Shown here piece after piece: positions 27,586 through 39,917 of a DNA stretch of 64,000 nt. The stretch is from Phoronis australis. Lineage: Eukaryota; Animalia; Phoronida. Numbering within the stretch: position 1 is the first letter of the stretch; every line of letters begins with the position of its first letter. The position numbers and the translations under genes are program-made. A model generated the notes under the pieces. It searched no databases. It saw only the letters and a program-made list of their open reading frames with translations, and was not told where the DNA came from. The DNA lies in contig NMRA01000733.1 in the NCBI GenBank assembly GCA_002633005.1, forward strand, positions 111,404 to 175,403, in the 5' to 3' direction.

Positions 27586-30500
27586 TTAAGTCCTTTAATC
27601 AAAGTAAACACATTGTTCATGGATTTGATTGTTGGTTTCTGATTTACATGTTTATGTATCTATGAAAGTGGACTGATTAAGAGCTGATTTTTTAGAATTA
27701 GAAGCTAATCTTGTAAGAAATGATAATGCTTCAATGAACTTAATTGCAGGCCGACATTGGGAAATTTCGATATATCATCAGATCCCCAAATAGAAATGTA
27801 CACTAAATGATTTTTGTCTATCTGAAATAAGTCTCAAGGAAATTTAAGAATTTCGGACAGTTCTACAAAGTGTCCCAAAATGTTCTCACACTTCGAATGA
27901 CAGTAAATTGTTTCTTGGTTTAGGAACTAGATTACTAGATTACTGGGTTTAAGTTTACAAACCGCAGATCGAAAAAGACGTTTTTAAAAGTACTTAAACA
28001 AATAAAATCTAAGTCATTGGTCATCAAATTGGAAAGGTTGTCTTTGCACTTCATTGATGTTTTTAGTTTCCAGTAGTATTCCACAATGAATTTTTGTTCT
28101 TCAAAACTGAATCATTTGCTTGCATTTCCTTTGCATACTACACACAAGGCATGCGCACCCAGCCTAAAATATATTGAAGCTCGAATTTTTGAGGATGTGG
28201 ACCTTTTACTAAAGAAAAATAAACAGAATACGGGACTTGTTCAGGGCTATGAATTGTGCATACGCCTTAGTGGAATTTTGTCTCGTTTTTCTCAGACTTT
28301 TTGTTTCTTTGAGGCGGACCTTTTTGCCCACTTTAGCAAATGGGGGAGGGCTCGTTCGGGTCCCCCGAGCCCCCCTCTATGGGTGCGCACACGCACAGAG
28401 CACATCATGACGGGCAGACCCAAGTTAAAAATAAGGTGTAACCATGTAGTAGGTCTGTATAGAATATCATTTACCCATGGGAACTGAATTTAAACTCCAG
28501 ACGTACGTTGAAATGTGTACATTTTTGGGACACACCCTGTATCATTTCCCCCAGCAACCAAAACAAATTGGACTACCGGCAGACTTCATCTAGGGATTCT
28601 GAAACGGCCACAAAGGCACTCATACCAGGCACCTCAGGACCTCACCTTTCCAAAAAATTACTTCAAAGAATGGAAATAATAAATTGAAGTTTTCACCGAA
28701 ACTGTATCATAATAAAACATACCTTGACCTTCAACCCAGAGCAGAGGAATAGGTACAAATCCATTGTTGGAACCCAGATATAATTACTTCAGGCAGCTCC
28801 CAGCTACCTGTCAGTGCGCTGGCCCTAGACCCATTCTTACTCTCTGTGAAACTTTGTTGGTTCACGGTTATTCACATCGTGATGGCTGCATCCCCGGTAT
28901 TACCCCCACCTACGGCGGACGTGGGGGGGGGGTGTCGGTACAAATATGGTGACATCCAGAGAACGGGGGTGGGAGGGGGTGGCGATGGCAAGGGAGTAGG
29001 TTGGCGAAGTCAAATTAGTTTGTGCCCTCCAATAATTTTTTCCTTCCTACGATCCTGATGTGTATTATGAATGGCTAAATAAACTATCTATAGATCTATC
29101 AAGCTGGCATTACAGGCGCTCTGGCCGCCCAAGGTGTTCTCCATTACATCAATCAAAGACTTTTGATACGGGAACTCTGACAGTCACTACTCAATGTGGA
29201 CTATCAAACTTCCAAACAATCCTCTGTCTTACGTTTCGTCGCGAAACGAAATGTGTCGATTTCACTGTTAATAATCGACACATTTTAAAATGCGCGTTTT
29301 CACTTTACCTTATATCTTGCCACTAGCTGGTCTACACGAAGTGTTCCCCAAAGGTTTTCAAACTAGACTCAAATTTAGACTCTAGCTCACCAAACTAAAT
29401 TTGTCTTAATAGCAGAGCATATTGTTCAACTTAAAACTATCTCAATAAGCAATGGCTCTCAAAACCAAGAACACTTCTTTCTGTGATTGCAACAAGAACA
29501 AAGAGACTGAGCACGCAGGCCCTGCAGACAGCTCGAATATCACCATCAGGCCCTGATTGGCCAAGACAACAGTCCAATTAGCCGCAAGAGGGTTTCACAT
29601 AACAAACAACTGGGCAAACCTAAGAAACGTAATTATCCTTAAAGGTCACATGCATGTCAGTTTCATTGTTCCTGATAGCAGAGACATATTCAAGAATTTG
29701 AGTCAGGGATGACAAGGGTTATTGGCTTATATGTATGTTTTCAAGTTGAGAACCAGGTACGGTACTAGTAATCACTGAATTACAGTTATCTAGTTATTCA
29801 GTGGATGAAACTGGATCACTAATCAGGGAGTACTGTATTCAACTAGTGTCGGGGGTTGGTGAATGGTGAGTCAGCTGTGTATAGTTATTGCCGCTTGCTC
29901 GCAAGCTTTCAAGTTTGCCTTGTTTATGTTCTTTGATCTTTTACTGTTTCAATTCTAAAACCACACCTAGCACACTCTATTATTCACATGTTAAAATCCC
30001 TGCTTCCTTTCTCTTTCAGCCCAGGTCACACAATATTTTGGTCAGCTGATTTACATAATTTCCACATTTTATTAACAAAAATAAACTAGTTGATCAGTCC
30101 CAAAGCAAGGTCATCGGCTTGTGCGTCCACAGGTGATGCATTGCCTAAAACTGAATGGAGGACCTTTTCATGACAGAGTCAGTAAATTTCTAGTTACTAA
30201 ATTGCACTGTTAAACTTTCATTTTTTTTGTGAAACATGTTAAATTGCTTTTTTAGTACTTAGTGTATACTCAAGAGATCTTGATTTTCAGTAAATGGAAA
30301 TGGACAGAATTTAATGGTAATTATTTTCGTTAAAGCTCCCAATAAATTTGCCCTTCTAATTATCTTGCTATCATGGAATTCACCAGCAGTTTAGTAAATA
30401 CCATATTTCTTATATTTTTAGTTTTTAAATGCCAAACATTAACAAAAAACTCATCAAATTCCACGATTCTGAGCACAAATCGATTGATGATGATTTATAA

Positions 30501-30831
30501 CAGACATGTTCAATTCTTGTTTCTTTCTCTCTGTAAGTGGCACTGTTCTTTTGCTGGTTTCGAGAAACAATAAACATGGCACGTAGCAAGATATTGCTAA
30601 AATGAAGCTGCAGCATTCGAAAAAGTAAAACAAATCTGCTAATTTACACAACAGAAAAAAATAATGTTTACTAAATCACATTTCTCTGTTTCTGAAATGA
30701 AAAATCATGGTCTATAATCCTTTTACAGAAGATTGAATTCCAAGTCCCGCTGTGACATCACCAGGTGAGTTACATATGACACATGGATGCATTGTTTCAA
30801 GATGAATTACTTGGTAATCTTGTTGTTTCAG

Positions 30832-31762
30832 TGTCCAAGTGTTCTCGGCTGAAGAAGGCTCATCACCATCCCAATACACCATGCCTGTGGGTACACACCT
30901 GGGTAGTTCGAGACAAGCAAGTAAACCTAAGGAAAAGTGCAAGAGGAAACACCACAGTCTTGATGAAGAAGAATCTTTGGTTAGACAGCATAAGCACAAG
31001 AAAAGAAAGTCTTCTGAAGAATCTCACTGTACTTTCAGACAACTGGAGCAAAAGGATTGTCACCTAGAAGCAGACAAAGTGCCTCTATCTAGCGCTATTG
31101 AGTTGCTTTGTGGTCAGAGCGATGCATCTACTGGGAAAAAAAAGAAAAAACACACTCGTCCCGGAAAGGAAGAAAAAGTTGTTGAATCTGAAAGTAATGA
31201 CATTAAGCTTGATGAGAAAGGAGTTAAGAATGGGGAAGAGTGCCAGAATGAATGCTTGATTGACAGCTCTCCTTTGCTGACTAACACAAGTAATGCTGTC
31301 TCTGAGATTGTGGTATCACATCCAAATGGAGCATTAGAAGACTGTGTCATTGATTATGGTTTAATGAAGACTGACAAACCAAAACGAAGGCGCAATAGGC
31401 GTCGGAAACGTGCACAGTCTGTGGAAGTAGACTTGCAAACACCAAATGAAAGTATGACATTTCAACCAGCTCTGCCAACTAATGTGCGACCACTGAGAAA
31501 TGTAAAGAAGCCGGAAGGTAAAAGAGTTGTGTTTGACTCAGATGAGGAGACTATTGAGGGTGTAGGTGGTGGAACTGAGCATTCAGTGGACATCAGCCTT
31601 GACCATGTTCCCACCTTTACAGGTGTGGGTAGTCAGCTGAATGAAGTGCAGGGTATCAAAGAAACAAAGAGACGACCCAAGCGAGGCTGCACTGTCTTTT
31701 ATGAACAGCCCAAGATAGATCAACTGAATGCTGTACAGACTAACAAGTCCATCATATTTCAA
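30832..31762 (+). CDS. COIL: Coilin exon 2 (disordered central region, basic NLS clusters)
   Basis: Acceptor tttcag at 30831 phase 2, giving DLIS-VQVF; KHKKRK, KKKKKH, KRRRNRRRKR; ends TNKSIIFQ as in coilin NKST.IQ; donor GTTAGG. Confidence 0.85.
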
Positions 31763-32205
31763 GTTAGGATCTTTTGTTTTCTTTGCTTCAAATTAAAGAC
31801 CTTGTTTTTCTTTCCGTTAATTCAATCAACATCACAATGGTGAGTGTTCAGAGACTGCTTGCCTATATCACTGTTGCCATTGAGCAGTTTACTTTGTAAT
31901 ATTTACAAAGTCTGAAGTGTAATGACGTTTGATTTCATTGATGAATCCATGTTGTGTACTACCACTTGGTCTTTATTCCAGAATATTAGAGTTGTATATA
32001 GTTCCTTAGTATGTAACTTTAAATGTGCATTTGAAATTATTATCCATGACACTGATATGTGTTCTGTTATAAAGATTATGGTCATTATTCTTTATGAATT
32101 GATTCTGCCAACATGTAAACTTGCAAGTCATCTAACTTTAAGTCTTTCCTCCAAATGTGCTTAACGCATTTCCCACTGTTAACCAAATGTTATTATTTTA
32201 ACCAG

Positions 32206-32325
32206 AATCTGAATGGAGACTGTGATGAGCTGCCAGATAATGAAGTTCAACAGCCTTGTAAAGACTACACAACTTTCCCACCACTGACTGGACCACCAAG
32301 AGTAGGTGATGTCATAGCCTTTAAG
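32206..32325 (+). CDS. COIL: Coilin exon 3 (start of Tudor domain)
   Basis: KDYTTFPPLTGPPRVGDVIAFK equals coilin DYS.LP.L...P.VG..IAFK; 120 nt. Confidence 0.92.
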
Positions 32326-32334
32326 GTAATTTGT

Positions 32335-32516
32335 CATCAGCCTGGCTGGTCCATGACTATATGTCAACATTTTGTGTCACAATACCACCGTAAAATAACC
32401 CATTTAGTTATTCAATGCGGATTGAATAACATTTTGGCGAGAAACCATGGCCAGTTTCGAACCCGCTTCTCAAGAGTTCCGAGTCGTCAACATTACCACT
32501 GCACCACTCAATTACT
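32335..32516 (-). mobile_element. tRNA-derived SINE-like element
   Basis: Minus strand A-box TGGTGCAGTGG (32496-32506) and B-box GGTTCGAAAC (about 32454-32464); no complete cloverleaf. Confidence 0.5.
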
Positions 32517-32764
32517 GACGTCATCGAATGTGAAAATAGAATACTTAAATGAGCACGCGCAACAATTGCATGTTCTGACATTTATACGCTATGAAAAATA
32601 AGATACACAATTTCAGTAAAAACGACATCTTTAATTCAGTAAAATTTATCTGTCATTTTCTCTCACTTGTAAATCATCGATCTCCAGTTTGAATGTAAGT
32701 AAGTGTCCTTTGACTTGGACATTATACAGGAGAATAGGTTCATCATTGGTCTCTAGAGGCATTG

Positions 32765-33925
32765 TATATAAAATGTTCACTAACTTAGAGACTTGGTTGG
32801 TTGTTGGCAGACGTTTCGAGCTGGTCCGCCAGGTCTTTGTTGATGAATGAAGGATTTCCCGCCTTACGCTCGTTAAGAATGCTGGAGTACACGGGGGGTG
32901 GGTGGAGTCCTCTGTCTCGGTTCAAGAATGGGCGCTAACTGTTGATGTTTATGGCGTCTTTGAGCTTACGAGTATACCATGCTCCCGGAAAATGACATCG
33001 CCATCTTCACTGATCAACAGTATTGACAGCTGCATTCAATTCACCATGGAGACAGAAACCAACAGAACCTTACCCCTTTTGGATCTATCCATACACATGG
33101 TCGATAATGGCTCCATCAAAATCAAGATCTACAGGAAACCAACACATAAGGACCAATACCTCCAGTTCTCTTCCAACCACCCCTTAAAACATAAACTTTC
33201 GGACGCCCGCACCCTCCTGGATAGAGCTGATCGTTACATCACTGACTATAGTGACTATGTGGAAGAGGTAGGCCATGTTGAAGATGCTTTGCGTGCTAAT
33301 GGATACCAGGAATGGATGTTTACTGACCCCCCCTAGTCGTAAACCTACTGAAAAACTTGATGGTCCCTCCGTTGCCATCCCATACATAAGAAGAATATCT
33401 GAACACCTACAACACATCTACAGCACCCATGGAATTTCCTGTTATATGAAACCTATCAACACCCTCCGTTCCCTACTCATCAGACCCAAAGACCCAACCC
33501 CGATGTATAAACAATGTGGGGTCATGTACCAGCTGGAATGTGACCAGGATCCCAACCACACCTACATTATAGAAACCAAGAGACCGTTCCTTACCGGATT
33601 CAAAGAACATCTGAAACTAGACAGACCAACAGCCGTGGGAGAACATATTTTGGTGACTGGGCACACCATCTCTCTTGCGTCATCCAGGATCCTAGCCAAG
33701 GAACAAAACTGGTATACTCGTAAGCTCAAAGAGGCCATAAACAGGAACAGTCAGCGCCCCCTCTTGAACCAAGACAGAGGACTCCACCTACCCCCCATGT
33801 ACTCCAGCATTCTTAACGAGCGAAAGGCGGGAAATCCCTCATTCATCAACAAAGACCTGGCGGACCAGGTCGAAACGTCTGCCAACAACCAACCACGTCT
33901 CTAAGTAAGTGAACATTTTATGTAC
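32765..33925 (+). mobile_element. Penelope-like retroelement, 5'-truncated, with inverted pseudo-LTR
   Basis: RT C-terminus (IQFTMETE..LPLLDL..IYRKPTHKDQYL) and GIY-YIG endonuclease (GVMYQLEC..YIIETKR..EH) at 32986-33904, frameshift near 33330; 32765-32980 is the reverse complement of 33710-33925. Confidence 0.88.
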
Positions 33926-34630
33926 ATTGGACATCATACTGAGTAACCAGTGGTAAACTACTTTAGCAGACGATATTTTTTAGTTGCCAAAAAATTATCT
34001 TACAGATTCACTTCATGTCTATTTTGTTTCAATTTTTATTTGGTTTTAAGTAAAAACATCATTTTAACAAGAATAAGTCAGCATTTCTTAAAAGATCATG
34101 ACCTCTGACCCCAGGCCTCTGACATAGAAAATACCCTCGGGCAATAATTCTCTAAAATCCACTTGCGCTCTAGATTACGAGGGATAACGACTTCACCATG
34201 TAATAATCTATCTTTATTCTGTAAAAGAATAAAGATATGTTTGCTCTGTGCTACGATCATTCTTTTGCTGTAAAAATGTTCTTTCAATCATTTGTCTACT
34301 TTTGTAAAGCAGGAAATTCAATACTTTGAAAATGGTTCAAGCATTGCTTTTGCTAATTTTATAATGTGTAATTACATAACTAAGCACTTACCTCAACAGG
34401 TTCAAATCTATGAAAATTCAAGCCATTTTCTTTAAAATCAAATCTATCATTTTTCTCTAGAATAAAGTTAATACTTTAATGAAATTGAAATTCAATCATT
34501 GCAATATTCATGTTAACCATAATTCAATGTAAATTCAACATCATAATTTCTGGTTCTGATGATCACAAACTTTAATTAACCCCAGTTTCATTACTATCAA
34601 AGACATAAATGTAGTATTGATTGTTTACAG

Positions 34631-34748
34631 GTTATTGAATTATCAAGCATGTACACTCCTGAAGTATCTGAATACAGAGAGGCAAAAGTGATCCAGTACA
34701 CTGATAATACAAAAATGGTGGATGTTGATATTTCAACCCCTCAACAAG
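34631..34748 (+). CDS. COIL: Coilin exon 4
   Basis: VIELSSMYTPEVSEYREAKV equals coilin LLEL..SYSP.VSDYKEG; 118 nt, phase 0/1. Confidence 0.92.
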
Positions 34749-35096
34749 GTAATTATCGAGACAAAACTATTTCAAAATAAAACATGGATTAGCAACTTTC
34801 AAGGTTCTGTTAGCTGTGAATATTTATTACAAGACAGACGTCCAATGTTTGCTACAGTGCTTTGGGCACAAATAGGTGTTGCCAAGTTGCATTATCCATG
34901 TTTTTAGTCACAATTTCAAGTTGTTTTTGAACATTTTAAAGTGTAATTACGTTAAATATTTCAAATGTTGGTTTTGCACACGCTACATCAATATTACATG
35001 CATCATTTACACTGTAACTTGTTCTACAACTAACTGTTATTTGTGACTTTTCTCTTTGGTGAAAGTTAAACAAAGATTGTAAAACTTCTATAACTG

Positions 35097-35612
35097 CTCA
35101 TTGGTTTAACATGTTGTCTTTCTATCTCCAGACTATTTCATTGGTTTAATGTCGTCTTTCTCTATCCAGACTATTTCATTGGTTTAATATGTTGTCTTTC
35201 TATATCCCGACTATTTCATTGGTTTAATGTCGTCTTTCTCTATCCAGACTATTTCATTGGTTTAATGTCGTCTTTCTCTATCCAGACTATTTCATTGGTT
35301 TAATATGTTGTCTTTCTATCTCCAGACTATTTCATTGGTTTAATGTCGTCTTTCTCTATCCAGACTATTTCATTGGTTTAACATGTTGTCTTTCTATCTC
35401 CAGACTATTTCATTGGTTTAATGTCGTCTTTCTCTATCCCGACTATTTCATTGGTTTAATATGTTGTCTTTCTATATCCTGACTATTTCATTGGTTTAAT
35501 ATGTTGTCTTTCTCTATCCCGACTATTTCATTGGTTTAATATGTTGTCTTTCTATATCCTGACTATTTCATTGGTTTAACATGTTGTCTTTCTATCTCCA
35601 GACTATTTCATT
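35097..35612. repeat. 38/40-bp minisatellite, about 13 copies
   Basis: Unit TTGGTTTAA(CA)TGTYGTCTTTCTMTMTCCAGACTATTTCA. Confidence 0.92.
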
Positions 35613-35642
35613 TTGCTTTACAACAATAAATTGTCATTGCAG

Positions 35643-35728
35643 TTAAATATCCTGTTGGAAAGTTTGACCTGGTCTTGGAAGATGGTGCTGAAATATTAAC
35701 CAATGTAGACCAATCACAATCTACAATG
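35643..35728 (+). CDS. COIL: Coilin exon 5
   Basis: KYPVGKFDLVLEDGAEI equals coilin PGKFDLV...GAE; 86 nt, phase 1/0. Confidence 0.9.
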
Positions 35729-35991
35729 GTAAGTTGAAACAAAGCTCGACTTCTAGGCAATGAAATTCATTACAATTTGATACTTTTCTGGGGTGGCTAC
35801 TAAAAAGATCATGCTTCTGTTAAATTCACTTTCTTGTCTGTTTTTGAGTTCCTCATTCACTGGAGGACTGTATAGCACAGGATTGGGCTGTAAACTGGCA
35901 CTCACCAGGCTGAGACTCAAACACTGTAGTTACCCTTAGTAGCAGACTAAGAGCATTGGACTAAATGTCTTTTGGGGTGCAAACTTACTCA

Positions 35992-37303
35992 GGGCTGTTC
36001 CAGCAAAATCTGTATAGGAGGGGGGGGNGGGGGGGGGGGGGACTGCAGTAGAAATAAGAATTCATGGTTGGTGATCTTCAGAAAAAGCTCAAATTATGGG
36101 TGGTCAGTCTTGTAAGAAGTAAAGCATTAAAATTGGGTGGTATTTTTTGACTAAATCAAAACTCATTACAAATTCACTCGGCAAATACCCAAACCTATTC
36201 CAGAACAACAAACAAGTCCATGTTGCCGGTGCACAAAGTGCAATATGTACACTAAGCCATTAATCAAGTCATGGGCAACTTGATTACAAGTACATGTTCA
36301 ACTGCAGTCGTATTTGAATGAAAATGTCTGCAACACTAAACTGGTGTTAACACATAAGAAAATTGATGATTTCTAAATAAAAAGTATGGGGAGTAAGATA
36401 GACTAGTTCCAATATTCACTTGAAAAAGCAGTATAAAACAGTTCGTGGAGGTAGTTTGAGATTCATAGATCCTTGAAATTGAAAAAATCTTTATTGAAAT
36501 TACAGACACATGGTGAACAGATACCTAGTGGCTGCCAAAAGTATTGCTCACAGGTGTCTCTGTAAGCAAGTTTCTGATAACTGATGAGTTGTGATCTCAC
36601 ATGGAATTTTTCTGCACGCACAAAAACTGTGGCCGGTCCGTCTGTCATTATCCTTTCTTGTCTATCAATTATCTCAAGAATCGCTTGGTGGATCATGATA
36701 AAATTCGGTATAAAGGTACTTGGCAAGGATGTGCCTGCACCAGTCGATTTCTGGGCGGGTTTGGAAACCTTGGTACCCCATGTTGGCCGCTTTAGTTTTC
36801 GACAAGCCATTCCTTGTATGTTGATTATCTCAAAAACTGCTTCACTGATCACTGACAGTGAAAGTCAAAATAGAAGTATATCGCAAAAATGTGCTGGCAC
36901 CAGTCAGTTTTTGGACGCTGGATTCAACTACTGAGGCATCCCGTTAGCTTTTGACAAGACATGTTGATTATCTTAAAGTGATAGATACAACTGGAAATTT
37001 GGCACAAAAATATATGGCAGGGATGGATGCATTGACAGAAGTCATTTTCATTTTGATTCGACCACCCTCTTGGTTACTTTAGTTTTTGGCAATATTGGAC
37101 ACGACAGCTAGTTCTTGTCTGTCAAACATCTTCTTAACAGGTCATCCTGGAGGTAATTTGTTTGCAAGTGTTGGATTGTATATTTTAACCTATTAATTAA
37201 AAAATTATGGGTCATGGGTTGGAGAAATAATTGAAAAATATGGGCAGTGGGTACGAAATAAAAGTGCCTTCCCCCTCCCATACAGATTTTGCTGGAACAG
37301 CCC
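35992..37303. mobile_element. PIF/Harbinger-type MITE (with nested insert)
   Basis: GGGCTGTTCCAGCAAAATCTGTAT TIRs, TCA TSD; sister copy 39918-40478. Confidence 0.8.
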
Positions 37304-37520
37304 TCACTAGGCCCAGACTCAAACGTTATATTTACTAGCAGACTATGAGCATCGGGCTAAATGTCTTTTAGGCTGCTCTGGTAAAACTGCATCTCATAAT
37401 CAATAAAAACATCTCAACAAGCAGACCCAAATCATGGAACAATGTACATGTAACCTTTGCTAAAAAGCATCTTGTCGCTTCTGCTAAGTTCATTACAAAT
37501 TTTACTTATTCCATTTCTAG

Positions 37521-37568
37521 GCTTCTTATCACTGGCCATCTCTACTGGAACCACGTCTGATCAGTTGA
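37521..37568 (+). CDS. COIL: Coilin last exon
   Basis: ASYHWPSLLEPRLIS* equals coilin W.EL.DPRL; spliced product 516 aa; AATAAA at 38416. Confidence 0.9.
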   Translation, partial: ASYHWPSLLEPRLIS

Positions 37569-38711
37569 AGCAGTAGACAACAACATCTGAAGTTATGTAT
37601 CAAATGACGAGGTGCATCACTGTACAATACAACATGGAATTTGGGAATTATGTATCAGCAAAGTGATCAATGGCCATCATCAAATTATTGTTTACGTCAA
37701 GAAGCTGTTAGTCCCAAGTCATTTTGGAGACCTCTTCGTGCAGACTAAAAAACAAAACAATATTCATCTGCATAGATTTCAGCCAAGGTATCTTTTTTGA
37801 AGTCACAAGCAAGGTTTGAAATGCCACGATGGATTTTCTTGAAAATGTAACTGAAAAATACCACACCACCGACTTGATTTTCAAAAACGTACAAGAGTCA
37901 AATTTTGCTTTTTAGCCTTATCATCAAATATTTTTCAACTAATATTTGCCTGGCTATTTGAGATGTGCCCATTTCAAGACTTTAAATGTGGATTAATTTT
38001 ATGGGTGAGCAATGCCGAAAATTAATTTTTCAAGTTTTATGAACAGGCCGTGCAGAAGTAAGCTTCCAGCAAAATAGTGAGCATCCCAAACTGTGTTCTC
38101 TATTTTGCAGTTACATTACATTATAGATTTTATGGCTACACCAAGCCCTAAAAATGTTTTGAGCCACCTTGCATATTCTGTGTTTGTAATAATTGTTTAA
38201 TTGTGCTGTACATTTCATTTATCCTCCAAAATGGCATCTATGTTCAGACTGAAAATTTGACGTCACTTAAATATGTTGAGCTTCCTTGCTTTATAATTCC
38301 ACATCAAAAGCAAACATTCCAAGTGCAACACATCTTTATTGTTCAGAGTTAAATCATACATTCATTGATTCACAACTTTATTTGCCCCTTGGTTATAAAA
38401 ATGGTGATATAATATAATAAAGTTCCATTTTATGATATATTTGGTTTTCATATCACATGCATAAGCACAACGACGTCTCACTCTTGTCATTTCTGTCGCA
38501 ATGATACAGAACTACTCATAGATGTAGTCACAATATTACATAACTACTCATGGACCTAGTCACAATAAGCCATACAATTGTAACAAATGTTTTCGAAACG
38601 CACTGATTATCTGCAACATACCGATTTTAACAAAAACTACAAATTGCTAAATACCAGTGTCCTGGGAAGAAATCTGACAAAACACAAAAATGGACACTAA
38701 TGTTGTCCTCA

Positions 38712-39068
38712 TGCATCAAACTTGTGTTAGTCATCTATTATAATAGTAAAGTAAACATGGTGCATCAAACTTGTGTTAGTCATCTATTATAATAGTAAAG
38801 TATACATGGTGCATCAAACTTGTGTTAGTCATCTATTATAATAGTAAAGTATACATGGTGCATCAAACTTGTGTTAGTCATCTATTATAATAGTAAAGTA
38901 TACATGGTGCATCAAACTTGTGTTAGTCATCTCCTATTATAATAGTAAAGTAAACATGGTGCATCAAACTTGTGTTAGTCATCTCCTATTATAATAGTAA
39001 AGTAAACATGGTGCATCAAACTTGTGTTAGTCATCTCCTATTATAATAGTAAAGTAAACATGGTGCAT
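38712..39068. repeat. 49/52-bp minisatellite, about 7 copies
   Basis: Unit TGCATCAAACTTGTGTTAGTCATCTATTATAATAGTAAAGTAAACATGG with palindrome CTATTATAATAG. Confidence 0.92.
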
Positions 39069-39541
39069 CTGATGCAATATTTTTGCTGATATTACAATTC
39101 TGAAAATAGTTGTTAAAGAGGCCACTCTTCATTTATGACAACTTTGAGCAGACTTGTGACAGGCAGTAGATTTTTATAACTTATTTACTATTACTAAGTT
39201 ATAAGAGTACAGTGAGGACTCACTCTTGTGCTTATATCAACCGCAACCCTATGTCGAAGTGACCACAATGCCAGGTGTAAGTCAGCTTACTCCAAGATCA
39301 TTGCTTTCATGACCAGTAGTGTCACTGTGTATGGTCCGTCAGTACACTGAATCAGTACTATCCCAATATCACATCAGTTTCTCTGGGTATGGTCTGTGTG
39401 TACACTGAACAAGTAATACACTAATATCACATTTGTTACACTGTGTACGGTCCCCGAGTACACCGAACAAGTAATATACTGATGTCACATCAGTTGCACT
39501 ACATATGGTCCATGAGTACACTAAAGCAGTGGTATGATACT

Positions 39542-39673
39542 TCACATCAGTTGCATTGTGTATGGTCTTTGAGTACACTGAAGAAGCAGAGGTGATACCC
39601 CCGTCCTGAACCCAGCTGCAGTCTCTACCAAGTTCAAGATTTTCCTTGCCATGTTGAGACAACTTTCGTCAGT
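39542..39673 (-). CDS. CENPM: Centromere protein M, last exon
   Basis: TDESCLNMARKILNLVETAAGFRTGVSPLLLQCTQRPYTMQLM*; matches CENP-M A..L..L...AG..PGVS.L pattern. Confidence 0.85.
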   Translation of the reverse strand, partial: TDESCLNMARKILNLVETAAGFRTGVSPLLLQCTQRPYTMQLM

Positions 39674-39917
39674 CTAGAAAATAAATAATTAACAGTTTCA
39701 GCAATGCACTACATTAAAATAATTTTTGCTGGTGGGAAACGAGGTCAAACTCAGACTTGCAGTTCAGTAGAAGACTAATACATAGAAAAAAAATTCGATA
39801 GGCAAAATGGATCATAGCTCAGATAAAGAATTCAAAGATGCCATCCTCCCAAGCAATCAAATGCCATCGCACAAACGAAATATCAAAAAAAAGCAATGAA
39901 ATACAAAAAATACATGA

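Noticed and set aside
32454-32516. tRNA gene
   Set aside because: Has A and B boxes but no convincing acceptor and anticodon stems; treated as SINE head
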